Positions 17,302 to 26,984 are shown, counted from the first letter of the stretch. The stretch is DNA of 59,409 nt from a virus (IMGVR_UViG_3300005531_000120:1-59409); one strand, 5' to 3'. The notes: a model not told the origin generated them from the sequence alone. Program-made: numbers and translations.

Positions 17302-17635
17302 ACCGCGCTGGCTCGACATCGACGGCAGGCGCGTCGGCATCATGCTGCTGTGCCCGCATTGCCGGAAGACTCCGCTCTCGTGCTTCTTCATCCCGACCAA
17401 GCACATCGCCGGCGGCGACTATCACGATAGCCAGTACGCCCTGTTCGCGAAGCTGATGCCGACGTTCGGCGATCCCTACGTCGACATCCCCGTCAACGAC
17501 GTCGTGCCGTGCCGCCGCGGCTTTGCGTGGCAGCGCACCGGCGATGATTTCGCATCGATGAGCATTACTCCCTCGCTCGACGCCAGCGCCGCGGGGCACT
17601 GGCACGGCTTCATCACGAGCGGAGAAATCCGCTAG
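17282..17635 (+). CDS. DUF6527-like protein, paralog 2
   Basis: RLIELEPRW...LLCPHC...WQRTGDDFASMSITPSLD...HWHGFITSGEI. Confidence 0.7.
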   Translation: MRLIELEPRWLDIDGRRVGIMLLCPHCRKTPLSCFFIPTKHIAGGDYHDSQYALFAKLMPTFGDPYVDIPVNDVVPCRRGFAWQRTGDDFASMSITPSLDASAAGHWHGFITSGEIR

Positions 17636-17651
17636 GCGCGCGGGGCGGTCG

Positions 17652-18500
17652 GTGATCGACGACGACGGCCTGGTCGCGCTCTGGCTGCATGGTCGGCCGG
17701 CGTCGACGACGCGCGTCTATCGGCGCGAGCTCGAGAGCCTGCGGCACCAGTTGGTACAATCTGGTACCAACCTGACCACCGCCACGCTCGAGCAGCTGCA
17801 GCGGCACCTCGCGGCGATCGCCGCCAAGGCGCCGCGCACGCGGGCGAAGGCGATCGCGGCGATCCGCTCGTTCTACCGGTTCCATCAGAAAGTCGGCACG
17901 ATCGCGACGGATCCGTCGCTGGCGCTCGTCGCACCCAAGGTGCCGCGGGATCTCGCCGAGCGGATCCTCGACCAGGCCGATATCGCAAAATTGATATGCG
18001 CGCCGGCGACGCCGGCGGAGCGCGCGATCCTGCGGCTGCTCTATGTGGCAGGCCTGCGCGCCTCCGAGCTCGCCGGGCTCTACTGGCGCCAGGTGGCGCC
18101 ACGGGCCAACCGCGAGGGCCAGGTCACCGTCACCGGAAAAGGCGACAAGACGCGCTCGGTGCTGATCCCCGCGGATCTCTACCGCGCGCTCGTTGACTTA
18201 AAAGTCAACGCTCAGCCCTCTGATCCCGTCTTTCCGTCCGCCAGGGATCCTGCAAAGCCGATCGGCACGCGATCGCTGCTCCGCGTGATCAAGCGCGCGG
18301 CCGCGGCCGCCGGACTCGCCGACAAGGTCTCGACGCATTGGCTGAGGCATAGCCACGCGAGCCACGCGCTCGACAACGGTGCGCCCCTTCATCTGGTCAG
18401 AGATACGCTAGGCCACGCCAGCATCTCGACGACCGATCGATATCTCCACGCGCGCCCCAACGACGGCAGCGCGCGCTACCTCAAAGGCAAAAGCCGATGA
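17652..18500 (+). CDS. Second tyrosine recombinase (XerC/D-like, resolvase type)
   Basis: LYVAGLRASE, GKGDKTR, STHWLRHSHASH, LGHASISTTDRY; no arm-binding domain. Confidence 0.93.
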   Translation: MIDDDGLVALWLHGRPASTTRVYRRELESLRHQLVQSGTNLTTATLEQLQRHLAAIAAKAPRTRAKAIAAIRSFYRFHQKVGTIATDPSLALVAPKVPRDLAERILDQADIAKLICAPATPAERAILRLLYVAGLRASELAGLYWRQVAPRANREGQVTVTGKGDKTRSVLIPADLYRALVDLKVNAQPSDPVFPSARDPAKPIGTRSLLRVIKRAAAAAGLADKVSTHWLRHSHASHALDNGAPLHLVRDTLGHASISTTDRYLHARPNDGSARYLKGKSR

Positions 18501-18952
18501 GTCGCCGCTACACGGACATCACCGGACAGCGCTTCGGCATGCTCGTCGCGCTCGCGCCGGCGCTGCATCGTCGGCGGAGCCACCAGGGCGCGATCATGTG
18601 GCACTGCCGCTGCGACTGCGGCCGCTCGTCGATCGTCAGCGGCCACGATCTGCGCAAGGGTCACAAGCAAAGCTGCGGCTGCGCTCGAGGCGGCGCCCGT
18701 TTCGCGGCCGAGCGCCGCGCGATGAACGCCGCGCTCGCGCCTGTGATCGCGGACGAGGCGCGCCGGCGCCAGCTCGGCGAACAGTTCGGAAGGGGCGAGA
18801 TCAGCTTCGCTGTGCTGCGCCAGCGCATCCGCGCGATCCGCGCACGGCCGCCGCGCATCAACGTCGACCGCAATGCCGCGCCTTCCGACACTCACGAGCT
18901 CGCTGCCGACGCTCAACCCGTCGATCGCGCCGGCGCCGCCCAAGACTGCTGA
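18497..18952 (+). CDS. Protein with the CxCDCG/SCGC domain common in phage AP2/HNH proteins
   Basis: DITGQRFGML...WHCRCDCG...SCGC. Confidence 0.7.
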   Translation: MSRRYTDITGQRFGMLVALAPALHRRRSHQGAIMWHCRCDCGRSSIVSGHDLRKGHKQSCGCARGGARFAAERRAMNAALAPVIADEARRRQLGEQFGRGEISFAVLRQRIRAIRARPPRINVDRNAAPSDTHELAADAQPVDRAGAAQDC

Positions 18953-19208
18953 TCCGCACTACCTCACACCCGAGCACCGCGCCTGGCGCGACGAGGTGAT
19001 CAGGCGCGCAGGCGGTCGCTGCCAGGACCCTGACTGCAAGACGCCCGAGCGCAGCGGCATCCGCATTTTCGCCGACCACGTCCGCGAGCTGCGCGACGGC
19101 GGCGACCCCTACGACCCAGCCAATGGCCTCGGCCGCTGCGGCAGCTGTCACACCCGAAAGACAGCTGCAGCGCGCGCCGCTAGACAGCGTCAGCGAGCGG
19201 ATGGGTAG
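18873..19208 (+). CDS. Terminase-associated HNH endonuclease
   Basis: C-x4-C...ADHV...GG...N...CGSCHTRKT; directly before cos/terS. Confidence 0.88.
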   Translation: MPRLPTLTSSLPTLNPSIAPAPPKTADPHYLTPEHRAWRDEVIRRAGGRCQDPDCKTPERSGIRIFADHVRELRDGGDPYDPANGLGRCGSCHTRKTAAARAARQRQRADG

Positions 19209-19276
19209 GGGGTCTCGAGTTGCGGAGGGCTGCTCTGCGCCGAACCGCCTTGGTGCTCACGCGCGAAAAATTTTTC
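19203..19276. other. Probable cos packaging region
   Basis: GGGTAGGGGG...ACCGCC...CACGCGCGAAAAATTTTT between HNH and terS, the usual HK97-like location. Confidence 0.55.
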
Positions 19277-19295
19277 CTGGCGATTTTGTGAAAAA

Positions 19296-19898
19296 ATGTT
19301 GATCGCGCTCACAAAAAGGCAGCGGCGGTTCGTAAACGCTTATCTAGCTGATCCCAATGCTAAAAAGGCCGCCGCCGCCGCCGGATACTCCGTTAAGACC
19401 GCCGCTCAGCAGGGCTCGCGGCTGTTAAAGCACCCCGCGGTCGCCGCGGCCATCGCCGAGGGCCAGAACCGGGTCAGCGAGCGCACCGGGGTCACCGCCG
19501 AGATGGTGGTGGCGGAGCTGGCGCGGATCGGGTTCGCGCGGATCACCGACCTGGTCACATGGCGCAGCAACGTCCGCGAGTGGCGCCTCGAGGAGACCGA
19601 AGAGGGCGAGGACGAAGTCGCCTTCACCATCACGAACCAGGTCCAGCTCGTCGACAGCGACAATCTGCCGCCGAAGCTCGCGGCGGCGATCGCCGAGGTG
19701 ACGCGATCGGCGAACGGCACGATCAAGATCAAGATGCACGACAAGGTCGGCGCGCTCACCAAGCTCGGCCTCCACCTCGGCGTCTTCGGTCGCATCGACA
19801 AGCCCGAGGCGCCCGGCAAGAAGCAGGCCGCGCAGGCCAAAGCCGACGAGGTCCGCGGCCGCTTCGCGCCGCCGGAGGCTCCCAAGACCCTGCAGTAG
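19296..19898 (+). CDS. terS: Terminase small subunit
   Basis: LTKRQRRFVNAYL...AAAAAGYSVKTAAQQGSRLL...IKMHDKVGAL. Confidence 0.92.
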   Translation: MLIALTKRQRRFVNAYLADPNAKKAAAAAGYSVKTAAQQGSRLLKHPAVAAAIAEGQNRVSERTGVTAEMVVAELARIGFARITDLVTWRSNVREWRLEETEEGEDEVAFTITNQVQLVDSDNLPPKLAAAIAEVTRSANGTIKIKMHDKVGALTKLGLHLGVFGRIDKPEAPGKKQAAQAKADEVRGRFAPPEAPKTLQ

Positions 19899-19904
19899 GA
19901 CGCG

Positions 19905-21596
19905 ATGGACTGGACGACCGCCTGCCCCGACTGGGAACAGCGGATCGTGCAGCGCCAGTCGCTGATCCCGTTCGCGCCGCTCTTTCCCGAGGAGGCGGCC
20001 GCCGCGCTCGACGTCTTCCGCGCGCTCAAGGCGGTCGACGTCGCGGGCTCGCCCACGCTCGGCGAGATCGCGCGGCCCTGGATCATCGATTTCGTCGCCG
20101 CGATCTTCGGCGCCTACGACCACAGTTCGGGCCGCCGGCTGATCCGCGAGTTTCTCGTCCTCATCAGCAAAAAAAACGCGAAGTCGACCGCCGCCGCCGG
20201 CATCATGATGACGGCGCTGATCCGCAACTGGCGCCGCTCCGGCGAGTTCGTGATCCTGGCGCCCACCAAGGAGATCGCGAGCAACAGCTTCATTCCCGCG
20301 CGCGACATGGTGCGCGAGGATCCCGAGCTCCGCGAGCTCATGCACGTCCAGGAGCACTTCCGGTCGATCACCAATCGGGCGACCAAGGCGACGCTTCGCG
20401 TCGTCGCGGCCGATAACGAGACCGTCGGCGGCAAGAAGACCATCGGCCTTCTGGTCGAGGAGCTCTGGCTCTTCGGCAAGCGCGCCAACGCCGAGAACAT
20501 GCTGCGCGAGGCCATGGGCGGCCTCGCCTCGCGGCCCGAAGGGTTCGTCATCTACCTCACGACGCAGTCGGACGAGCCGCCGGCGGGCGTCTTCAGGCAG
20601 AAGCTCGACTACGCCCGCGGCGTGCGCGACGGCCGGATCTCCGACAAGCGCTTCCTGCCGGTGCTCTACGAATTCCCGCAGGCGATGCTCGACAAGGGCC
20701 TGCACAAGGACCCCGCGAACCTCTACGTCACGAACCCCAATCTCGGCGCCTCGGTCGACGAGGAATTCCTGCTCCGCGAGCTCGCGAAGGCGACCAACGC
20801 CGGCGCGGAATCGCTCTGCGGCTTCCTCGCGAAGCACCTCAATGTCGAGATCGGCCTCGCGCTGCGCAGCGACCGGTGGGCCGGCGCCGACTTCTGGCAA
20901 GCCCGCGCGGACCGCACTCTCACCCTCGAGGCGCTCCTCGAGCGCTCCGAGGTGGTGGTGATCGGAATCGATGGCGGAGGCCTGGACGATCTCCTGGGCC
21001 TGGCGGTTATCGGCCGCGAGCGAGAAACCCGCCGCTGGCTGCTCTGGAACAAGGCCTGGTGCCACCGCTCGGTGCTCGAGCGACGGAAGAGCGAGGCGCC
21101 GCGGCTGCAGGACTTCGCCGCCACCGGCGAGCTGGTGATCGTCGACGAGCCCGGTGCGGACGTCGAGGAAGTCGCCGACCTCTGCAAGCGCGTGTCCGAC
21201 GCAGGCGTGCTGCCGGAGAAGAACGCGATCGGTGTCGACCCCGTCGGCATCGGCGCCGTGGTGGACGCTCTCGCGGAGCGTGACCTCGGCGGGACCGATC
21301 GTCCCGACCTGGTCGTGGGCGTGCCCCAGGGCTGGAAGATCTCCGGCGCGATCAAGACGCTCGAGCGGAAGCTCGCCGACGAGAGCCTGATCCACGCCGG
21401 CCTCGAGCTCATGGCGTGGTGCGTCGGCAACGCGAAGGTCGAGCCGCGCGGCAACGCCATCACCATCACGAAGCAGGCCGCCGGCGTCGCGAAGATCGAT
21501 CCGCTGGCTGCGAGCTTCGACGCCGCCGCGCTCATGTCGATGAACCCAGAGGCCGCCGGCTCGGTCTACGAGGAGCGCGGGATCCTGGTCGTCTGA
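19905..21596 (+). CDS. terL: Terminase large subunit
   Basis: ISKKNAKST Walker A, LVEELW Walker B, GIDGGGLDD and KIDP nuclease motifs. Confidence 0.97.
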   Translation: MDWTTACPDWEQRIVQRQSLIPFAPLFPEEAAAALDVFRALKAVDVAGSPTLGEIARPWIIDFVAAIFGAYDHSSGRRLIREFLVLISKKNAKSTAAAGIMMTALIRNWRRSGEFVILAPTKEIASNSFIPARDMVREDPELRELMHVQEHFRSITNRATKATLRVVAADNETVGGKKTIGLLVEELWLFGKRANAENMLREAMGGLASRPEGFVIYLTTQSDEPPAGVFRQKLDYARGVRDGRISDKRFLPVLYEFPQAMLDKGLHKDPANLYVTNPNLGASVDEEFLLRELAKATNAGAESLCGFLAKHLNVEIGLALRSDRWAGADFWQARADRTLTLEALLERSEVVVIGIDGGGLDDLLGLAVIGRERETRRWLLWNKAWCHRSVLERRKSEAPRLQDFAATGELVIVDEPGADVEEVADLCKRVSDAGVLPEKNAIGVDPVGIGAVVDALAERDLGGTDRPDLVVGVPQGWKISGAIKTLERKLADESLIHAGLELMAWCVGNAKVEPRGNAITITKQAAGVAKIDPLAASFDAAALMSMNPEAAGSVYEERGILVV

Positions 21597-21599
21597 TCC

Positions 21600-21679
21600 G
21601 CGCGCACCGCCGACGGCCAACCCGGCGGCGCGCGTAACGCCCCGCTACTCGCGCGACCGGGGTTGGCGGGGCGGCCCGA
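21600..21679. repeat. Back-to-back pair of TAC-hairpin repeats between terL and portal
   Basis: GCCAACCC-10nt-GTAAC (minus unit), 5 bp, GCTAC-11nt-GGGTTGGC (plus unit). Confidence 0.85.
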
Positions 21680-21688
21680 GGAAAACGA

Positions 21689-23014
21689 ATGTCCATCTGG
21701 TCGCGCATCGCCGGGCTCCTCGCGCGGCGCGAGAAGATGACGCCGGAGGAATGGTTCGAGAGCTTCTACGGCGGCTCCGCCAAAAGCGCGACCGGCGAGG
21801 TCATCAACCAGATGGCGGCCCTCAGGGTCGCGGCGGTCTGGGCCTGCGTCACGATCCTCGCCGAGGACGTCGCGAAGCTTCCCTGGCACGTCTACCGGCG
21901 CCGGGCCGACGGCGGCAAGGCGATCGCGCAGGACCATCCGCTCGAGGCGCTGCTGCAGCGGCCCAACGATTATCAGAGCAGCTTCGAGTGGAAAGAGCAG
22001 ATGATGGCGGCGCTGGTGCTGCGCCGCAACGCCTACGCGCCGATCCGCCGCGACTGGCGAGGCGCGCCGACGGCGCTCATTCCCGTCAATCCCGACTGGG
22101 CGTCGATCTATCAGGCCCCTGACGGCCAGATTTTCTACAGGGTCGCGGTCCAGAACCAGCACCTGGCCGCGATGCTGCGCTCCTTCCCGGAGATGATCCC
22201 CGCCGAGGACATGCTGCACATCCGCGGCATGAGCCTGAACAGCCTCTGGGGCCAGTCGGCGATCGGGTCCGGCCGCGACGCGATCGGTCTGGCGCTGGCG
22301 CAGCAGGCGCTGGCCGCCGTGTTCGCCAGCAACGGAACGCAGCTCTCGGGCGTGCTCGAGGTGCCCCAGAAGCTCAGCCCCGACGCGTATGCGCGGCTCA
22401 AGGCGAGCTGGAAGAAGGCTCGCTCCGGCATCAACAATGCCGGCGAGACGGCGATCCTGGAGCAAGGCGCCAAGTTCAGCCGCTTGGGCATGACCTCCGT
22501 CGATGCCGAGTTCATCGCGGCCCGCAATTTCCAGGTCGCCGAAGCCGCGCGGATGTTCCGCATTCCGCTGCACAAGCTCGGCATCTCCGAGCGCTCGACC
22601 AACACCACGATGGCCCAGGCCGAGCAGGAGTATGCCAACAACACCGTGCTTTCCTGGGTCACCCGGATCGAGCAGAAAATGAACCAGGCGTTCGGGCTCT
22701 ACGACGACGGCGCGTTCGTCGAGTTCGACATGTCGCACTTCCTGCGCGCCGACATCGTGAGCCGTTACAGCGCCTATCGCACCGGCATCGTCGGCATGTT
22801 CCTGACGCCCAACGAGGCGCGGCGTGCGGAGGGCCTGCCCGAGGTCGACGAGGGCGACACGCTCTATCAGCCGACGAATGTGGCGCCGATCGGCTTCGAG
22901 CCCGCGGGCAAGGAGACCGGTCCCGGCAGCGACGTCACCGGCACCGCCGCGCCGGGCGGCGCCGGCGATCCAGCGGCCGCTCCGGACGAGGACCCCACGG
23001 CGCCCCAAGGCTGA
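21689..23014 (+). CDS. HK97-family portal protein
   Basis: AVWACVTILAEDVAKLP, RPNDYQSSFEW, LHIRG, ARMFRIP, TPNEARRAEGLP. Confidence 0.97.
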   Translation: MSIWSRIAGLLARREKMTPEEWFESFYGGSAKSATGEVINQMAALRVAAVWACVTILAEDVAKLPWHVYRRRADGGKAIAQDHPLEALLQRPNDYQSSFEWKEQMMAALVLRRNAYAPIRRDWRGAPTALIPVNPDWASIYQAPDGQIFYRVAVQNQHLAAMLRSFPEMIPAEDMLHIRGMSLNSLWGQSAIGSGRDAIGLALAQQALAAVFASNGTQLSGVLEVPQKLSPDAYARLKASWKKARSGINNAGETAILEQGAKFSRLGMTSVDAEFIAARNFQVAEAARMFRIPLHKLGISERSTNTTMAQAEQEYANNTVLSWVTRIEQKMNQAFGLYDDGAFVEFDMSHFLRADIVSRYSAYRTGIVGMFLTPNEARRAEGLPEVDEGDTLYQPTNVAPIGFEPAGKETGPGSDVTGTAAPGGAGDPAAAPDEDPTAPQG

Positions 23015-23035
23015 TTTTCGCGCGAGGAGATTTTC

Positions 23036-24097
23036 ATGCGCCATCGCGCCTTTCCCGGGCCGCGCCTAGAGACGCGCGCTCTCTACGAGCGGGCGGGCAA
23101 ATTCCTGCTGGCCACCATCTTCCGCGACGATGACGCGCGCGCGTGGTGCAAGGCCAATGGCATCGCGATCACGCGCGCCGCGGACGAGACGATGGACTCG
23201 ACCGGCGGCTTCCTGGTCCCCCACGAGCTCGCCGCGGCGATCCTGGACCTCCGCGACATGTTCGGCGCCTTCCGGCGCCGGGCTCGGATCATGCCGATGA
23301 AGCACGACTCCATGGGCGTTCCGCGGCATGCCGGCGGCACGAGCGCGTTTTTTACCGCGCAGAACGCGGCTGTCAGCGGCACCAACGCCAATCCCGACAG
23401 CATGTCGCTCACGGCCAAGAAGATCGGCGCGCTCGTGCAGATCTCGAGCGAGCTCGAGGAGGACGCGATCGACAGCATGGTCGATTACGTCGCCAACGAA
23501 ATCGCCTTCGCGTTCGCGGCCCAGGAGGACGACTGCGCCTTCAACGGCGATGGCACCTCGAAATACGGCGGGATGCTCGGCGTCTCGGCGATCGTTCTCG
23601 ACGGTAACCACAACAAGGCGAAGGTCACCGCGGCCTCCGGCCACAACACCTTCGCCGGCCTCGACACCACGGATCTCGGCAACGTGATGGCCGCGGTCCA
23701 GGCTTCCGCGATCCCGAACGCCGCCTGGTTCTGCTCTCAGACCGCCTTCGCGCTCACGTTCTGCCGTCTCGCCGGATCGGGCGGCGGCGGCTATCTCGAC
23801 ACGCGCCTGGTCGATGGGATTCCGACCCCCTGTTATCTCGGTTTTCCGGTCGTCCTGACCCAGAAGCTGCCGCTGGTCACGAGCTCGCTCTCGGGAAAGG
23901 TGATGCTCGCGTTCGGCGACATGTACGGGGCGGGCGTGCTCGGCGAGCGGCGCGGCATCACGATCGCGCGCTCTTCCCACCGGTATTTCGATCAGGACCA
24001 GATCGGGGTGCTCGGCACGGAGCGCTTCGACGCCGTGCTGCATCAGATGGGGGACAACGCGAATTTCGGGCAACTCGCCGCGCTGGTGGGGAACTGA
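23036..24097 (+). CDS. HK97-fold major capsid paralog 1 (short N-terminus)
   Basis: GGFLVPHEL, LTAKKIGALVQISSELEED, FNGDGT, YLGFPVV, FGD, ERFD; GAGGAG SD; intact ORF. Confidence 0.9.
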   Translation: MRHRAFPGPRLETRALYERAGKFLLATIFRDDDARAWCKANGIAITRAADETMDSTGGFLVPHELAAAILDLRDMFGAFRRRARIMPMKHDSMGVPRHAGGTSAFFTAQNAAVSGTNANPDSMSLTAKKIGALVQISSELEEDAIDSMVDYVANEIAFAFAAQEDDCAFNGDGTSKYGGMLGVSAIVLDGNHNKAKVTAASGHNTFAGLDTTDLGNVMAAVQASAIPNAAWFCSQTAFALTFCRLAGSGGGGYLDTRLVDGIPTPCYLGFPVVLTQKLPLVTSSLSGKVMLAFGDMYGAGVLGERRGITIARSSHRYFDQDQIGVLGTERFDAVLHQMGDNANFGQLAALVGN

Positions 24098-24098
24098 C

Positions 24099-25502
24099 AT
24101 GCTCAAGCGATTGACCATCGACGAGTTCCGCGCGGCCGCTCGCGAGAAGCGCGCGCTCGAGGGCACGGTCTCGCGCCTGGCGCTCTCCGACGGACAGGCG
24201 GTGGACGGGCAGGCCCGCACCATCCGCTTCGTCTTCAGCGACGGCACGGTCGACCGCGCCGGCGACCGCATCGATCCCGAGGGCTGGGACACCGAGGATT
24301 TCCTCAAGAACCCGGTCGCCCTCTGGGCGCACGACAGCTACTCGCCCCCGATCGGCCGCGCCTCGAACATCGGGCCCGTGGCCGGCAAGCTCATGGGCGA
24401 TATCGAGTTCATGCCCGCTGACATCAGCGCGTTCGCGGACAGCGTCTTCCGCATGGTGCAGGGCGGCTACGTGAAGGCGGTCTCCGTCGGCTTCCGGCCG
24501 ATCGAATGGACCTTCACCAACGACAAAGACCGGCCCTACGGCATCGACTTCACGAAGCAGGAGCTGCTCGAGATCTCGGTCTGCCCCGTGCCCTGCAACC
24601 CCAATGCGCTCCTCGAGGCGCGCGCCAAGGGTATCAACACCGCGCCGCTTCTCGAGTGGGCCGAGCGCCTGCTCGACACCGGCGAGAGCGTGCTGGTGCC
24701 GCGCGCCCTGCTCGAGGAGACCTTCAAGGCCGCAAAGACGCCGAAGACCACCCGGCAGAAATATCTGGCTCCTCGCGCGAAGACCGCCGACTGGAAGGTC
24801 GGCGCGGCGCGCGATCTGCCGCTCGACCAGTCCGACTCCTGGGACGGCGCCGCGGCCGCGGCCTCGATCTTCGAGCACGCCGGCGGCGACGATTTCAATC
24901 CGGAGGTCGCGAGGAAGGGCTTCCTGGTCTACGACGCGAGCGCGCCCAAGCTGCGCGGCTCCTACAAGGAGCCTTTCGCACACGTCGTCGACGGCACGCT
25001 GAAGGCCGTCAAGGGCGGGATCCGCGCGGCGGCCTCGCGCCTGCCGCAGGCCGACATCTCCGACGGCGCCCGCGCCGAGGCGAAGGGCGTCATCGAGCAT
25101 TACGAGAAGGCCTTCGGCATCGGCGAGGGCGACAAATCGGTCTCCGGGGAGGACGTCCCGACCGGTACGTGCGGCCGCTCGAAGGACGAAGAGTGCCTCA
25201 TGAAGGATCCGCAGAACTGCGCGGTCCATTACGTCCCGCCGGCGCCTCCAAAGTCGAAGGCGGGACGCCGCATCTCCGCCGCGACGAAAGCGCTTCTCGA
25301 AGCCGCAGCCTCTCATCATGCCGAGGGCATGGCCTGCCATGCCAAGGCGCTCGATTGCATCAAGACGGTGCTCGAGAGCAACGATCCCGCCGGCGACGGC
25401 GACGACGACGCCAACCAGCCGACCGATGACGAGGATACGAAGCGCCATCGCCGGCAAGAGGCGGCCCGGAAGCTCCGCGAGGAGCTCGGTATCGAGAACT
25501 AG
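24099..25502 (+). CDS. HK97-family prohead protease with long C-terminal extension
   Basis: DRAGDRI, NPVALWAHD...PIGR, AVSVGF, ELLEISVCPVPCNPNAL; about 290 further residues. Confidence 0.93.
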   Translation: MLKRLTIDEFRAAAREKRALEGTVSRLALSDGQAVDGQARTIRFVFSDGTVDRAGDRIDPEGWDTEDFLKNPVALWAHDSYSPPIGRASNIGPVAGKLMGDIEFMPADISAFADSVFRMVQGGYVKAVSVGFRPIEWTFTNDKDRPYGIDFTKQELLEISVCPVPCNPNALLEARAKGINTAPLLEWAERLLDTGESVLVPRALLEETFKAAKTPKTTRQKYLAPRAKTADWKVGAARDLPLDQSDSWDGAAAAASIFEHAGGDDFNPEVARKGFLVYDASAPKLRGSYKEPFAHVVDGTLKAVKGGIRAAASRLPQADISDGARAEAKGVIEHYEKAFGIGEGDKSVSGEDVPTGTCGRSKDEECLMKDPQNCAVHYVPPAPPKSKAGRRISAATKALLEAAASHHAEGMACHAKALDCIKTVLESNDPAGDGDDDANQPTDDEDTKRHRRQEAARKLREELGIEN

Positions 25503-25665
25503 AGCCGTCCGACCGGCTCTTCGCCCAGACGGCCCTTGGGCAAGGCAATCCCGCGGCGCCGAGAGTGCGCCGCATCCCACCAACGCCACGCAGATACCTT
25601 CCCGCGAGCAGGAGCCGACGGTTCGGCCCGCGTGAGGGAGTGGCATTTGACGGAGCCCACCAGCA

Positions 25666-26979
25666 ATGGCGAAGAAGCATGAGCTCCGCCAGGCCCTCAC
25701 TAAGGCCGTGGCGGAGTTGGAAACCATGGCCGGCAAGTCCGAGGCCGAAGGTTTCAAGCAGGACGTCTACGACGCCCTGAACGAGAAGATCCTCGACCTC
25801 AAGAAGCAGCTCGAGCGCGTCGAGCAGGCGGAAAAGGTCGCGGCCGCGCTCGCGAGCCCGGTGCCGGACGCGGACCGCTTGACGCCGCTGGCGCCGCCCT
25901 CCGCGCACAAGCTCTACGGCACGCTCAAGCATTTCCGCGATCGCGAGGTGAACGGCCGCACGATCCGCGCGGTCGATCAGGCCTATGCCGCCGGAATGTG
26001 GTTCAAGGCCACGATCTTCGATCACGCCGGCGCGAAAGACTGGTGCAAGTCGCACGGCATCTCCATCGCGAAGGCGCAGGGCGAGGGCATCGACAGCGCC
26101 GGCGGCTTCCTGGTCCCCGAGGAGCTGCTCGCCAACATCATCGTGCTCCGCGAGCAGTTCGGCGTCTTCCGGCGCGAATGCCAGGTGGTGCCGATGGGCA
26201 GCGACACGCTCAACTGGCCCCGCCGCACCGGCGGCCTGACCGCGTTCTTCACCGGCGAGAACAGCGCGGTGACGGAATCCCAGGCCTCGTGGGACAACGT
26301 CAACCTGACCGCCAAGAAGCTCGCGGTCCTCACGCGCATGTCGAACGAGATCGCCGAGGACGCGGTGATCTCGGTCGCCGACTGGCTCGTGGGCGAGATC
26401 GCCTATGCCTTCGCGCTCAAGGAGGACGACACCGGCTGGAACGGCGACGGGACCTCGAGCTACGGCGGCATCCGCGGCGTGCTGACCGTCTTCGCCGACG
26501 GCAATCACACCGCGGGCCAGTACCAGGTCTCGAGCGCGACGCTCACGTCGCTGGTCCTCAAGGACCTGACCGGCACCATGGGCGTGCTGCCGCAATACGC
26601 GATCGGGTCGGCCAAGTGGTACATGTCGCAGCAGATGTTCTACTCGGTGGTCGCGACGATCACGGCAGGGGCGGGCGGCAACCGCCTCGACGTGTTGACC
26701 GACCCGGTCAACCCGCGGCTCCTCGGCTTCCCGGTGGTCTTCTCGCAGAAGCTGCCGGTCGCCACGCCCGGCTCCGGCAAGGCGATGTTCCTGTTCGGCG
26801 ACCTCGCCAAGGCCGCCGCGATGGGCGAGCGCCGCGGCGTCACGATCAAGCGGTCCGATCATCGCTACTTCGAGAACGATCAGATCGGCCTGCTCGGCAC
26901 CGAGCGCTTCGACATCAACGCGCACGACCTCGGCGACACGTCGAACGCCGGCCCGCTCGTCGCCGCGAAGTCGCCGTAA
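25666..26979 (+). CDS. HK97-fold major capsid protein paralog 2 (with N-terminal coiled coil)
   Basis: Coiled-coil delta-like domain, GGFLVPEEL, LTAKKLAVLTRMSNEIAED, LLGFPVV, FGD, ERFD. Confidence 0.95.
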   Translation: MAKKHELRQALTKAVAELETMAGKSEAEGFKQDVYDALNEKILDLKKQLERVEQAEKVAAALASPVPDADRLTPLAPPSAHKLYGTLKHFRDREVNGRTIRAVDQAYAAGMWFKATIFDHAGAKDWCKSHGISIAKAQGEGIDSAGGFLVPEELLANIIVLREQFGVFRRECQVVPMGSDTLNWPRRTGGLTAFFTGENSAVTESQASWDNVNLTAKKLAVLTRMSNEIAEDAVISVADWLVGEIAYAFALKEDDTGWNGDGTSSYGGIRGVLTVFADGNHTAGQYQVSSATLTSLVLKDLTGTMGVLPQYAIGSAKWYMSQQMFYSVVATITAGAGGNRLDVLTDPVNPRLLGFPVVFSQKLPVATPGSGKAMFLFGDLAKAAAMGERRGVTIKRSDHRYFENDQIGLLGTERFDINAHDLGDTSNAGPLVAAKSP

Positions 26980-26984
26980 TGGTC

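Noticed and set aside
23036-24097. Capsid paralog 1 as an encapsulin or a pseudogene
   Set aside because: It is closely similar to the phage's own capsid, lies in the head operon with no cargo gene, and has an intact frame and SD
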